From an uncultured virus (IMG/VR IMGVR_UViG_3300045996_004413) (lineage: Duplodnaviria; Heunggongvirae; Uroviricota; Caudoviricetes), in IMG/VR virus record IMGVR_UViG_3300045996_004413: a stretch of DNA of 57,453 bases. One strand, given 5' to 3'. The notes under the pieces were generated by a model. The model worked only from the letters and a program-made list of their open reading frames with translations. It did not search any database and was not told the DNA's origin. Numbering within the stretch: position 1 is the first letter of the stretch; each line of letters starts with the position of its first letter. Position numbers and translations under genes: made by a program. Positions 35,200-45,030 of this stretch are shown one piece after another.

Positions 35200-35850
35200 A
35201 TGCCTTACGATGAACGCATCAGAGACCCGCTACTGACAACCCGGATTGCGTCCGAGGGCCTGTCCGAAGACATCGTTTCGATCATCCTGCTCGAGACGAT
35301 GAAGGGTTTCTTTTTGAGCACGGCGAACTTCACCACCTGGCGGATGCGTCACCGCACCCCGCCGCTCCTGTACACCGCCAGCGAGGCCACCACCAAGATC
35401 CGCATTGTGCGGGACATCGACTGGGTACCCGAGACCATGGGCGCATCGCCCGAGCTTGTCATCCGCCCCCAGGGCACCATGTGGACCCGCATCAACAACG
35501 CCGGGCTGATGGACCAGCTGGAAGACACCGTCGAGGATCCGGACCGCATCACCAACCAGATCACCGGCCGCTGCACGATCTGGGCGATCTCCCAGGTCGC
35601 CGACGAGGCCTCCATGATTGCCACCGAAATCGCCGCGTTTTTGTCGGTCTTCTCGCTTCCCCTGATGAAGGAATACGGCTTCGACAACCTCGCCGTCGCG
35701 GGCCTGGGCAACGCGGTGCGGATCAAGGAACGCAAACAGTACTGGGGCTACGCCCTGACCATCGGGTACGTGTGGACCCTGGCCCAGGAGCTGATTGAGC
35801 AGCAACCCCGCTTGGCGGAGTTGTACCTGACAACGACACCGACCCCGTAG
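35200..35850 (+). CDS. Putative tail completion / terminator protein (216 aa)
   Basis: Directly upstream of the sheath gene; alpha/beta pattern (PELVIR, ITGRCTIWAIS, EASMIATEIAAFL). Confidence 0.5.
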   Translation: MPYDERIRDPLLTTRIASEGLSEDIVSIILLETMKGFFLSTANFTTWRMRHRTPPLLYTASEATTKIRIVRDIDWVPETMGASPELVIRPQGTMWTRINNAGLMDQLEDTVEDPDRITNQITGRCTIWAISQVADEASMIATEIAAFLSVFSLPLMKEYGFDNLAVAGLGNAVRIKERKQYWGYALTIGYVWTLAQELIEQQPRLAELYLTTTPTP

Positions 35851-35852
35851 CA

Positions 35853-35876
35853 CGATAGCTATCGGGTGGGTAGAAT
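35853..35876 (+). promoter_or_regulatory. Putative sheath-operon promoter with palindrome
   Basis: Perfect 12-bp palindrome CGATAGCTATCG (35853-35864) just upstream of GGG-TAGAAT (-10 at 35871-35876). Confidence 0.45.
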
Positions 35877-35938
35877 GAAAACTTGAGCTGAGCTATATCT
35901 CTTCCAGAGCATTCAAGGCCGCGTCCACGGAGACTGCA

Positions 35939-38692
35939 ATGACACTGACCAACACCGTCCCGGTTGTCCGCATCAACCAACAGTTCGCACACATCCCCAG
36001 TGAGCTGACTGAGAACCTGCTGGCGATGTGCATTGCACCGCACTACTACATTTGCCGCTACTCCGATTCCTCGGAGAAGGCCAAGGGTGCATTTGGCACC
36101 TACAACGGCGGCGCGGTGACGGCGGCGTGGCCCAACCGCCCCGCTGGCGGCGTAGTGGACGCTGAGTCTGTCCGCGTGTTCATCGACAACGCCCTTCTCC
36201 GCTACTTCAACGACCCGCTGGATGACGCTTCGTTCGTCCAGATGGGTTCCGCGAACAACCGCCTGGTCGCCTCGGACCTGGTGTTCCGCACCGCCAACGG
36301 CGTCGATCGCTCTGCTGCCTTCCTCGACCGCGACGTCAAGGTGGGCGACCCGATCCGCATCCGCACCGCGGGCGGCGACGACTTCTGGACCACGGTTGCC
36401 GGCTTCGACTACGAAGAAGTCGACGCGGAACTGGAAGCCGTTGGCGGCGACGACAACAACCAGGAAGCTCTCACCCTCAGCGCCAGCCGCACTGCCAGTG
36501 GTTTCACCGGCTGCGTCACCTCCGTCTCGGCGGCGGCTTACGACGGCCTGGCTGACGGGTTCCCGGAAGAGACCTACGTGCTTACCTGCACCTCGGCAAT
36601 GGTCGGCACCGATCCCACCACCGCCACCTTCAAGCTGGTTTCCGCCAGCGGCACCGATGACGATGCCTCAGTCACCCTCTCTGCCTCGGGCGTCGCTACC
36701 AACATCGGCAGCCGCGGGGCAACCCTGACGGTCACCACCTCCTCGGGCGACACGATCGCCGTGGGTGACTCGATCACCATGACCTTCAAGCAGGTGTACG
36801 ACACGGTCACCTTTGCCGTGAAGCCGACGGCCATCTACACCGGCACCGTGGACCGTCGCTACGTAATCACGGTCACCGGGCTGAATGGCGCGGACCCGAT
36901 CGTGGTCGCCCGCAGCACCACCGGCGACGATGTCGACGGCCCCAAGACAATCACTCTGGGCACCTACACCGCCATCGGCTCATACGGTGTGCAGATCCGC
37001 TTTACCGCGGGTTCCAACGGCAACGCTCCCTGCCCCGGCGACAAGTACTACTTGGACGCGACGGCGGCTACCGAAGGCGCCTGCAACGAGCTGATTCTCG
37101 CCCGCGGCTTGCCGGACGACATCGTGGAAGACGTGGATTCGGGCCTGCTCTCGTCCTCGCTGGCCGGCGGCACCGCTGCCGACCTCGACATCTCGCTGTA
37201 CATCAAGAAAAACATCGAGGTGACCAAGTACTCGGCTTACCCGACGACCAACTTCACCCCCGGTGAACTGACGCTGACGCTCAACGCGGCCCTGACTTCG
37301 ACGGACTCGAGCTGGACCAGCGACGGCGAGCTGCAGGATCTGCCGATCGTAGGCGGCTCGGTGTTCGTCCAGTACCGCGCCCTGTTGACGACCTACGCCA
37401 ACGGCCGCTCGGAACTCTCCGATGCCGACGAAGTCACAAGCACACTGGGACCGGCTATTGCCGACAACCCCCTGTCGCTGATGGTGTACTCTGCCCTCCT
37501 GAACTCCGGCGGTCAGCCGGTGGGCTTCATCTCCCTGGAATCGGGTGACACCTCGGAAGAGCTCGACTCCTACAACGAAGCCCTGGGCAAGATCCGCGAC
37601 GACATCCGCTGCTACGGCATCACGGTGGGCACGCAAAACGCCGACGTGCTGGACGCGGTCAAGGCCCACGTTCTGGCCCAATCCAGCTCCGACCGCAAAC
37701 GCTTCCGCGTGGCTTTCCTCAGCGCTGCGTCCGCAGAAGTGGTGCTCGTAACCGACACCGGCGACGATGACGAGAACCTGACCGCCCGCGTCCGGCTCCA
37801 CACGGACACCGGCACCAACATCCGCATCACGTCCGCCCACGGCAACTTCATCACTGATGGTGTTCGCGCTGGCGACGAAGTTCGCCTCAACTACGCGTAC
37901 GATGATTTCGGCGTCGAAACCTACGACAGCTACGTCGTGGACTCGGTGGTGTCGGAAGACGAACTGCTGCTGGTCAGCGGGCCGGCTGCTGCGACCTCCG
38001 TCGAAGACAAGCTCGAGATCTGGCGGGCCTGGACGGCGACCGAGGAAGCCACCGCTTTCGCCGGCAAGTCCTCGGCCTTCAACGATCGCCGCATCCGCAA
38101 CATCTGGCCGCCCGAGATCGAAACGTCCGACGGCACCACGGTTCCCGGCTGGGCGGCGTGCGCTGCTCTGGCGGGTCTCCGCTCGGGCGCCGCTCCCCAC
38201 CAGCCGCTGTCGAACGCCGAGCTTAACGGCTTTGCGTCAGTGTCCCGGACCACGACCCGTATGCGGGAATCGGATCTGGACATCATGGCCAACGGCGGTA
38301 CCTGGATCCTCACGCAGGAACCCACCGGCGGGAAGGTCTACACGCGGCTGGCGATCACCACCGACGTGTCGGACGCCAACCACTGGCAGGACTGCCGCAC
38401 GACCAACTGCGACAGCATCAGCTTCGGCTACAACAACCGCCTCAAGGGGATCGTTGGCAAGACCAACATCACCGAGCGGACGTTGACCTTCATCGCCAAC
38501 GAGTTCAACGCGACGAGCCAGTACTTCATGAGCGAGGCCCGGACGCCGGAACTTGGACCGCAGCTGATCTCCGCGACGCTGACCACGCCCCCGACCCAGA
38601 ACGCCGTGCTGCGTGACTCGGTGGACATGGTGGCGACGCTGGAGCTGCCGTACGAGCTCGATGCGATCAACTTGACCCTGAACGTTCAGTAA
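35939..38692 (+). CDS. Contractile tail sheath protein (917 aa)
   Basis: N-terminal PVVRINQQF; C-terminal sheath-like VPGWAACAALAGLRSG, GGTWILTQ, RLAITTD, VDMVATLELPYELDAINLTL; large central beta-rich insertions. Confidence 0.8.
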   Translation: MTLTNTVPVVRINQQFAHIPSELTENLLAMCIAPHYYICRYSDSSEKAKGAFGTYNGGAVTAAWPNRPAGGVVDAESVRVFIDNALLRYFNDPLDDASFVQMGSANNRLVASDLVFRTANGVDRSAAFLDRDVKVGDPIRIRTAGGDDFWTTVAGFDYEEVDAELEAVGGDDNNQEALTLSASRTASGFTGCVTSVSAAAYDGLADGFPEETYVLTCTSAMVGTDPTTATFKLVSASGTDDDASVTLSASGVATNIGSRGATLTVTTSSGDTIAVGDSITMTFKQVYDTVTFAVKPTAIYTGTVDRRYVITVTGLNGADPIVVARSTTGDDVDGPKTITLGTYTAIGSYGVQIRFTAGSNGNAPCPGDKYYLDATAATEGACNELILARGLPDDIVEDVDSGLLSSSLAGGTAADLDISLYIKKNIEVTKYSAYPTTNFTPGELTLTLNAALTSTDSSWTSDGELQDLPIVGGSVFVQYRALLTTYANGRSELSDADEVTSTLGPAIADNPLSLMVYSALLNSGGQPVGFISLESGDTSEELDSYNEALGKIRDDIRCYGITVGTQNADVLDAVKAHVLAQSSSDRKRFRVAFLSAASAEVVLVTDTGDDDENLTARVRLHTDTGTNIRITSAHGNFITDGVRAGDEVRLNYAYDDFGVETYDSYVVDSVVSEDELLLVSGPAAATSVEDKLEIWRAWTATEEATAFAGKSSAFNDRRIRNIWPPEIETSDGTTVPGWAACAALAGLRSGAAPHQPLSNAELNGFASVSRTTTRMRESDLDIMANGGTWILTQEPTGGKVYTRLAITTDVSDANHWQDCRTTNCDSISFGYNNRLKGIVGKTNITERTLTFIANEFNATSQYFMSEARTPELGPQLISATLTTPPTQNAVLRDSVDMVATLELPYELDAINLTLNVQ

Positions 38693-38719
38693 CCCGGAAG
38701 CCCCGCAGAGGACCTCGCG

Positions 38720-41005
38720 ATGCGAGCTTTGACTATCCTACCGCCGACCACCAAGGCCGCCCTGACTGTTGAACAGGGCGGCCTCCCCTCGCGCATTGCG
38801 GCAAACTCTATTGGGCATGTGGGCAACCTGCTAACCGGCGCGCCCATTGTGTCGATGCGCAGTTTCGTGAATCCCAGTGGCGAACGGGCAGAGAAACACG
38901 AAGAGTCTGCCGAGTTGCTGGAAAGTGCCGAGCCGCACGCCCTCAAGGACACCAAGCTCCGGCTGGGCGGGGGCGATATCGTCGACGACATCCTCTGGAA
39001 ACGGGAAAACGCCGACACCGGCCCACTCAAGTGGAATCAGCGAATCGGCGGGCGAGTATGGCACAACCCCCGTACTGGCATTCTCGGCAAACTCCTGGGA
39101 ACCGTGGGCACCCCCCTGGCCTCCACGCTCACGCCGCTGCTTCGCGCCCCCCACTACTCTCCTTACACCGATGTCGCCACCAACTTCTGGGATGAACGCG
39201 GCGTGACCGAGCACGAACTGGGCCACGCAATCGATTTCAACACGGTCTCCAGCGAAAAAGGCAAGGGCAAACTTTCACCGACGGCGCTAGGCAGGCAAGG
39301 TCGAGGCTTGGCTCGCGACGCTTATGGTATCGCCTACAACCTGCCGCTAGTAAAGCTTTGGCACGAGGCGATGGCCAACCGACGTAGCAGCAAGGCGCTC
39401 GACAAATCCCTGGGCAAAAACTCAGACGAACGACTGCGGCATCAGGCAGATCGCGACAAGGTATTGCCTGCGGCGTATGGCAGCTACGTCGGGAGAGAGC
39501 TGGCACCGGTCGTCGGCGGCGTAGGACCGCTGGCTGGCATGCTGGTCGGCAAGGGTGTGGGCATGGGTCTCAAAAGCGAGACCGACGCCAAACTCCAGCA
39601 GCGGGAAGAAACCAAAAAAGAACCCAAGAAAAAAGACAAGGAAAAAGACATGGCCGACCGCAAGGAACTGTCTCGCAAAGCCGCGACCGCTGCGGCAGTG
39701 GAATTGCTGCAAGACGCGGGCTTTAAGCTGGCCGGCAGCATTTTCGGCGGCATGAACGAACAACCCGAGCAGCCGACGCAGATCCCCACGCCGACGCCGG
39801 CTCCCGCGAAACCCAAGACCCCTATGACCCAGCCGGCCGCCAAGATGCCCAAGCCTGTGGCGAGCCCGCCACCCCCGATGGGTCTTGCCGGTGCGAAGCT
39901 TGCCTCGCTGCGAGTTTCCCATGCGAAGCTGGCCGCCGTGCAGAACATCCTCGCCCGCCGCAAGCTCGCTATCGGCGGAGCACTTGAAGTGTGCAAGGCC
40001 GCGTTGGCGATGCCCAACCTCGGCGGCGTACAGCCGTATGTTGACCGTGCGTCCGCGGCCACCGGGATCTCCCAGGGTGGGCTCGTCGGCGGAGCCGCCG
40101 GCGCTCTCGGCGGTGCTGCTCTTGGCGGCCTTGCCACTGCCCTAGGCGGCGGCAAGAAAAAGAACTACCTGCAGAATATGCTCCTGGGCGGACTCGCCGG
40201 CGCCGGCGCCGGTGGCGTGGCTGGGCACATGGGGTTAACCCCGGCTGCCAAGCCTCAGGCCCCTGCGGCTCCCGCAACTCCCTCAGATCCCGCAACAGTC
40301 CAGATTGGCAGCGGTGCCGCGGACGGCGTGGCCACAACCCTCGATACCGGCCTGGGCCGGATTCTTGGCGGCGGAGCCGGCGCAATCGGCGGCGCTGCCA
40401 ACTCGATCAACGGGGCGATCGCTAAGTCCCCCAACCCGTCTGCCGCAATTCCCACGCCCCCGTCAGCGGGCGGTCCGGCGAACGTCGGGAAGGTTCCCTT
40501 CCCGGACAAGTCCAAGCAGGACGCGTTCGTGCAGGAGCACCAGCAGCAACTCGCGATGGAAGCGGCCAGGAAAATCGTCGAGGGCGTCACGCCGTACAAA
40601 GGCACGACCCAGGACTTCGTGGCACAACTTGGCGGCAAGGGTGGCCCGCAGCACCGTCTGAGCTCGCCCATCGAGCGGCCCCTGTCTCCGGCCGAGCAAC
40701 TGAAGAAAAAGCAGGAAGCCCTGACCGCAAGCTTCAAGCCGAAGCCCGGCATCGGCGCCAAGATCCGCAATACGGGCCAGCAGGCCTTTAACAAGGTGAC
40801 CGACACCGTGGCCGGCGGCATCAACAAGGCCCGCGAAGGCGTCGAGAGCGTTGGAGAGGTCGGCAAAGAGCTTATCCAAAGCGGCAAGGACACCTTCGAC
40901 GGCGTCACTGACGAAGTAGCTGGCGGCATAGACAAGGTCCGCGAAGGCGTCGAGGGCGCCGACGGCGAGGCCAAGAAATTCGTTGACGAGCTCACTGGGA
41001 AATAA
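38720..41005 (+). CDS. Multidomain protein: HExxH zincin-like domain, K-x-A linkers, glycine zippers and C-terminal helical repeats (761 aa)
   Basis: HELGH (39212-39226) with downstream WHEAMAN; GGLVGGAAGALGGAALGG; two 36-aa repeats at the C-terminus. Confidence 0.7.
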   Translation: MRALTILPPTTKAALTVEQGGLPSRIAANSIGHVGNLLTGAPIVSMRSFVNPSGERAEKHEESAELLESAEPHALKDTKLRLGGGDIVDDILWKRENADTGPLKWNQRIGGRVWHNPRTGILGKLLGTVGTPLASTLTPLLRAPHYSPYTDVATNFWDERGVTEHELGHAIDFNTVSSEKGKGKLSPTALGRQGRGLARDAYGIAYNLPLVKLWHEAMANRRSSKALDKSLGKNSDERLRHQADRDKVLPAAYGSYVGRELAPVVGGVGPLAGMLVGKGVGMGLKSETDAKLQQREETKKEPKKKDKEKDMADRKELSRKAATAAAVELLQDAGFKLAGSIFGGMNEQPEQPTQIPTPTPAPAKPKTPMTQPAAKMPKPVASPPPPMGLAGAKLASLRVSHAKLAAVQNILARRKLAIGGALEVCKAALAMPNLGGVQPYVDRASAATGISQGGLVGGAAGALGGAALGGLATALGGGKKKNYLQNMLLGGLAGAGAGGVAGHMGLTPAAKPQAPAAPATPSDPATVQIGSGAADGVATTLDTGLGRILGGGAGAIGGAANSINGAIAKSPNPSAAIPTPPSAGGPANVGKVPFPDKSKQDAFVQEHQQQLAMEAARKIVEGVTPYKGTTQDFVAQLGGKGGPQHRLSSPIERPLSPAEQLKKKQEALTASFKPKPGIGAKIRNTGQQAFNKVTDTVAGGINKAREGVESVGEVGKELIQSGKDTFDGVTDEVAGGIDKVREGVEGADGEAKKFVDELTGK

Positions 41006-41036
41006 CAACGGCAATCTGATCTGACTAGGAGATCTC

Positions 41037-41522
41037 ATGGATATTTTCGCACGTCGCACCACCTTCGGCGGCGGCTTTAACGCGGTAAGCGCCAAGGTGC
41101 TGTTTGCCGGTTTCCGCTCGGGACTCGCCTTTGAGACCGTGGGCGTCCAATACCAGCAGCAGCTCATCCGTCTCTGGGATTTGGACGGGGATTCTGGAAA
41201 TACTTATCTGGTCGCCGGGCACCCGTCGGGCAACGCAAGCATCTCCAAGGCGATCGGTCCTCGCGCCCTTGGCGTGGCGTTCTACCAGCGATACGCGGAC
41301 GTCTGCCAGGCTGCTGAGAACAACCTGATGCTCTCAGCCGCCGTGGGTTGCATCACCAGCACCACGCAGAACCGCCGCACGGGCGCCGTGCAGATCTCGC
41401 TGACGGGCGTCGTGATCGCGGGCTTGGGCATCAACGTCAGCGCCAATGACCCGGTCTTCCGGCAGAACATGGGCATGACGTTCATCTCGCTGGACTGGAA
41501 CGAACAGGGTCCTGGCGCCTAA
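41037..41522 (+). CDS. Putative tail tube protein (161 aa)
   Basis: AGGAGA SD; size and beta-strand pattern (VQYQQQLIRLWDL, ISLTGVVIAGLGINVSA, MTFISL); follows the sheath and precedes a strong terminator. Confidence 0.65.
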   Translation: MDIFARRTTFGGGFNAVSAKVLFAGFRSGLAFETVGVQYQQQLIRLWDLDGDSGNTYLVAGHPSGNASISKAIGPRALGVAFYQRYADVCQAAENNLMLSAAVGCITSTTQNRRTGAVQISLTGVVIAGLGINVSANDPVFRQNMGMTFISLDWNEQGPGA

Positions 41523-41550
41523 GCTCGCGTTGGCTGAGCCCATCTATTAC

Positions 41551-41582
41551 AATAAGGTCCGCTTCGGCGGGCCTTATTTTTT
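41551..41582 (+). terminator. Intrinsic terminator
   Basis: AATAAGGTCCGC-TTCG-GCGGGCCTTATT followed by a T-tract. Confidence 0.9.
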
Positions 41583-41593
41583 AGGAACACGCA

Positions 41594-44209
41594 ATGGCTC
41601 ATAACGACTTCCAGGCGGGGCCATACACCCAACGCAACCGCATCAACCCGGAAGCCACAGCAGCGGCTGCCGACCCGGGTTCCAACATGGGCGAAGAGAA
41701 CACCGAGCTTGGCAGCAGCGGTGTTCTTACCATTGGCCGCGTGCTCTCCTATTACGGCGGCCTGCAGGGCTACCGCGTCTCCACCCCCACCCGCGGCCCC
41801 CGCATGGCCTGTGCGATCCCCGACGTGCTCAACGTCATGGGTGCTCGCGCCTTTAACCCCATCAGCCCCAACACCTCGGTTCTGATCTGGTGGGCAAACC
41901 AGGAGAGCGAGATCGGCTACATCATCGCCGTCCTGCCCCGCCTCCCCGTTCACAACTGGGCCAACCTCGGCGGCTTTATCCGCGAGGGCGCCGGCGTGGG
42001 CTTCCTCTACGACCAGGTTCACCGCAAGCAGCTCGGCGTCGATAACGAAGCCAGCGAAGTGCCCCTGGGTGCTCCCGACTTCAACGAAGGGCGGCCCTGG
42101 GACACGCTGGCGGGCGACTGGGGCGTGATCAACGAATTGGGCGTCGGCATTGCCGTTCTCAAGATGATGGCCTCAATGCAGGCAGGCTATGCCGAGATCG
42201 GCGTTTCCTTCATCGACCAGGAAGCCTACATCGCGGGCGAACGCATCACGATCGAATCCGAGACCACCGATTACAGGCACTTCAACGACCAGGGCGAAGG
42301 CAGCACCATCCGCCAGTTCACCCCATACGCGTGGGAGGGTCTCGGGGCCAAGGAACCGGCGACCGGAGAACTGCTCAAGGAACTCACCGAAGATCCCAAG
42401 AGCAGCGACGAGCAACTGTCTCGCTACGCCCCCAAGGACTGGGAACAAGTCGGCATCTTCCGTTTCCTCGAGCTGGAAGGCCTGCTGGGCGGCCTGCTGC
42501 ACCAGTGGGTGATCTGCCCCAAGGATCCCCCGGAAATCGTCAAGCGATCCACCGCCCGCAACTGGCCGGGCCTTGCAGAGATCAACATCGGTGAAGACGG
42601 GTTTATCACGCAGCGCACTGCCAAGGGGTTCCTAATCGAGAAGACCTCGATCATCGCCGTCCCCGAGGAGCGCCGCGAGCCGTGGGATCCCCAGGGGGAC
42701 AAGGACGAAGCATGCGATTACGGGCTTGAGGCCCTGCCTGATGCAGAGGTCGACTACCCGTGGAACGATACGGATCCCACCAGCCGCGGCCCACGCATCG
42801 CCGACCACAACGCCTGGCGATCGCAGGTCAAGAACCTGGCCGGTATCCGCGGCCATAAAAAAGACTGGGCCGTGCCGGAGGAGTCGGCAGCAGCTGTTGT
42901 CTCAGGCACCGTCCCGGTCACCCCCCTGGGCCGCAAGTTCCGGGCTGACATGCCCGAGGGCGAGGATGTCAAGATCGACCACCGCCGACCCAAGGTGCGA
43001 TACCGTCCCGGGCGGGCGTTTATCTACCTCGGGGATGACGGCTCGATCCACCAGCAGGACGCTTACGGCTCGACGTTCAGCAGCGCCGGCGGCAACCACG
43101 AGTTCGCCCCCCGGGGAGACTTCATCGTCCGCCCCGCCCGGCGGTTCATCGTACAGGCACCGCTGGACGCGATCATCAACGGCGGCCGCAACGTAGAGCT
43201 GGCAGCGTCCAAAGGAGACATCCGCCTCAAGGCTGAAAAGAACATGCACCTGCTCGCGGGCAACGGAGGCACGGTGGGCGGGGTACTCATCGAGACACGG
43301 TCGGACGACAGCGCCGGCGAGAAAAACGATTACACCAAGCAGGGGCAAGACACCGTCTCCACCGGCATCATGCTCAAATCCGTCAAGGCCCCGGTGGTCA
43401 CCTGGGGCTCGAGCGTCATGGTCCAGGCCAAGAATGGGGACATCGTCATCGACGGCCAGGAAGGCGGAAAGGATGTTTCGATCTTCGGCAAGAACGTTCG
43501 CCTGTTTGGTGCCGAGTCTGCATCGCTCTCGGCCACCGTCAAACCCGGCCAGGGTCTGAGCAATTCCGACACAAGCCCCCTGATTCGCGTCTCCGCCGAG
43601 TCGCTCACCATGCTGTGCGGCACCGCCGGCGCCGCGTTTACCGAGGGCCAGATGCGGGTCCTCACCGAGGTCAAGGTGTTGGGCAACGTGACGACCACCG
43701 AGTCGTTCTTCAGCCCGGACGTCGAGATCCAGTCCTTCGACGACTCACAGATGAACCCCAGCGCCTCGCAAATGAAAGCCGACGCCAAGGATGCCCGCAA
43801 GCCGGTAAAGAAGGCCGTAGCCGACATGCAGGCACAGGTCTACACCGGGGAAAAGGCGTTCTTCAACACGTCGCTGATCGAGAAGATCTCATTCTCGTTC
43901 AACAACTCCGAACAGTACTGGACCAACGAAGGCTTCGTGCTCAACGCCACCTACTGGCAGGTCATGTTCGGCAGCTCGACGACCTGGGACCAGCCGGAAG
44001 TAAAATTCAAAACCTCGATGCCCACCATGCCCTGGCCCGGCAAGGAAACCTGGGAAGGTTCCTCGTTTGGCCAGATCCAGAAATCAGCTTTCAAGAACTA
44101 CGACCTGGAGACCGGCGCTGCCAAGGCCCTGCCTCGCGCCGTGGAAGGCGCCGCTGCACCGACACTCGTTTCCCTCAAGGGAAATTACACAATCGACACC
44201 CAAGGTTAG
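41594..44209 (+). CDS. Putative baseplate central spike / hub protein (gp5/VgrG-like, 871 aa)
   Basis: N-terminal OB-like segment (LTIGRVL...YRVS...NTSVLIWW...YIIAVLP); beta-helix-like repeats (GGRNVELAASKGDIRLKAEKNMHLLA). Confidence 0.55.
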   Translation: MAHNDFQAGPYTQRNRINPEATAAAADPGSNMGEENTELGSSGVLTIGRVLSYYGGLQGYRVSTPTRGPRMACAIPDVLNVMGARAFNPISPNTSVLIWWANQESEIGYIIAVLPRLPVHNWANLGGFIREGAGVGFLYDQVHRKQLGVDNEASEVPLGAPDFNEGRPWDTLAGDWGVINELGVGIAVLKMMASMQAGYAEIGVSFIDQEAYIAGERITIESETTDYRHFNDQGEGSTIRQFTPYAWEGLGAKEPATGELLKELTEDPKSSDEQLSRYAPKDWEQVGIFRFLELEGLLGGLLHQWVICPKDPPEIVKRSTARNWPGLAEINIGEDGFITQRTAKGFLIEKTSIIAVPEERREPWDPQGDKDEACDYGLEALPDAEVDYPWNDTDPTSRGPRIADHNAWRSQVKNLAGIRGHKKDWAVPEESAAAVVSGTVPVTPLGRKFRADMPEGEDVKIDHRRPKVRYRPGRAFIYLGDDGSIHQQDAYGSTFSSAGGNHEFAPRGDFIVRPARRFIVQAPLDAIINGGRNVELAASKGDIRLKAEKNMHLLAGNGGTVGGVLIETRSDDSAGEKNDYTKQGQDTVSTGIMLKSVKAPVVTWGSSVMVQAKNGDIVIDGQEGGKDVSIFGKNVRLFGAESASLSATVKPGQGLSNSDTSPLIRVSAESLTMLCGTAGAAFTEGQMRVLTEVKVLGNVTTTESFFSPDVEIQSFDDSQMNPSASQMKADAKDARKPVKKAVADMQAQVYTGEKAFFNTSLIEKISFSFNNSEQYWTNEGFVLNATYWQVMFGSSTTWDQPEVKFKTSMPTMPWPGKETWEGSSFGQIQKSAFKNYDLETGAAKALPRAVEGAAAPTLVSLKGNYTIDTQG

Positions 44210-44217
44210 GAGACCCC

Positions 44218-45030
44218 ATGAACGAACCGCCCATCGGCTTACCCATCAAACCGGGCCAGCCCATCCCCGAGCAAGTTGCCGAGGGACTGGTAGACCCGCA
44301 GGCACTCAAGAACATGCAGCCAGTTACCAAGAAGCAACTCGAGGACGACCTGAAAAAGATGCGGGAGAACGCCGCAGACCTCAAGCAGGCCCCCGCGGCT
44401 GCGCCGACCCAGGCAGAGCCGCCCGCCCCTGCCGCCCCGGCGGATCACAACCCCAAGTACTGCCCCCGCTGTAACTGGGACCAGGGCCTGAAGTACGAGG
44501 TTCAGATCAGCGACGAAGACAAGCGGGCCTTCTGCCGGTTTGTTCTCACCGGCGGCCGGTTCATCAAAACCTACACCATCTTCGACGGCCTGGTTCGCAT
44601 CACCTTCCGCAGCCGCACCATGGTGGAATCCGAAGACGTCTCGAGCCACGTGCACTGGAAGGCACGCTCGGGGCAGTTGGATGTGCACATGCTGTTCGTC
44701 GAGGGCAACAAGATGTCCCTGGCGTACTCGATCGCCAAGGTCGAGACGCTGGGCGATGACGGACAGTACAAAGAGCTCGCCACCTATCCCGACGTCACCG
44801 ACGAGAGCTACCCGGTCAATACGCCCAAGACCCCTGCCGGCACCGTGCCCCCGGATGCCCCGCGGGTCTGCAAGCGGGCCCACGACAGCATCTTCGCGAC
44901 CCGCAGTGTTTCGGAAATGCACTACAATGCAATCTACAACGAATTTATGAAATTCGACCGGCTGCAGGAAGTGCTCACGATCAGGGGTAGCGAACCGGGT
45001 TTTTTGAGGGCGACTCAGTCTGCCAGCTGA
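44218..45030 (+). CDS. Tail assembly chaperone (G-like, 270 aa)
   Basis: Start moved to ATG 44218 (AGGAGA SD); ends with a slippery site; two genes upstream of the tape measure; contains CPRC. Confidence 0.65.
   Translation: MNEPPIGLPIKPGQPIPEQVAEGLVDPQALKNMQPVTKKQLEDDLKKMRENAADLKQAPAAAPTQAEPPAPAAPADHNPKYCPRCNWDQGLKYEVQISDEDKRAFCRFVLTGGRFIKTYTIFDGLVRITFRSRTMVESEDVSSHVHWKARSGQLDVHMLFVEGNKMSLAYSIAKVETLGDDGQYKELATYPDVTDESYPVNTPKTPAGTVPPDAPRVCKRAHDSIFATRSVSEMHYNAIYNEFMKFDRLQEVLTIRGSEPGFLRATQSAS
44997..45006 (+). other. Programmed -1 ribosomal frameshift site G GGT TTT TTG
   Basis: X XXY YYZ heptamer in the correct phase; the -1 frame is open (FEGDSVCQL) into ORF 45030..45446. Confidence 0.8.

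Noticed and set aside
43615..44217. N-terminal 201 aa of ORF 43615..45030
   Set aside because: Arg-rich off-frame overlap with the spike gene; the real start is ATG 44218 with an AGGAGA SD. The same logic applies to the extensions at 1485, 18120, 18391, 18849, 23767 and 29244.
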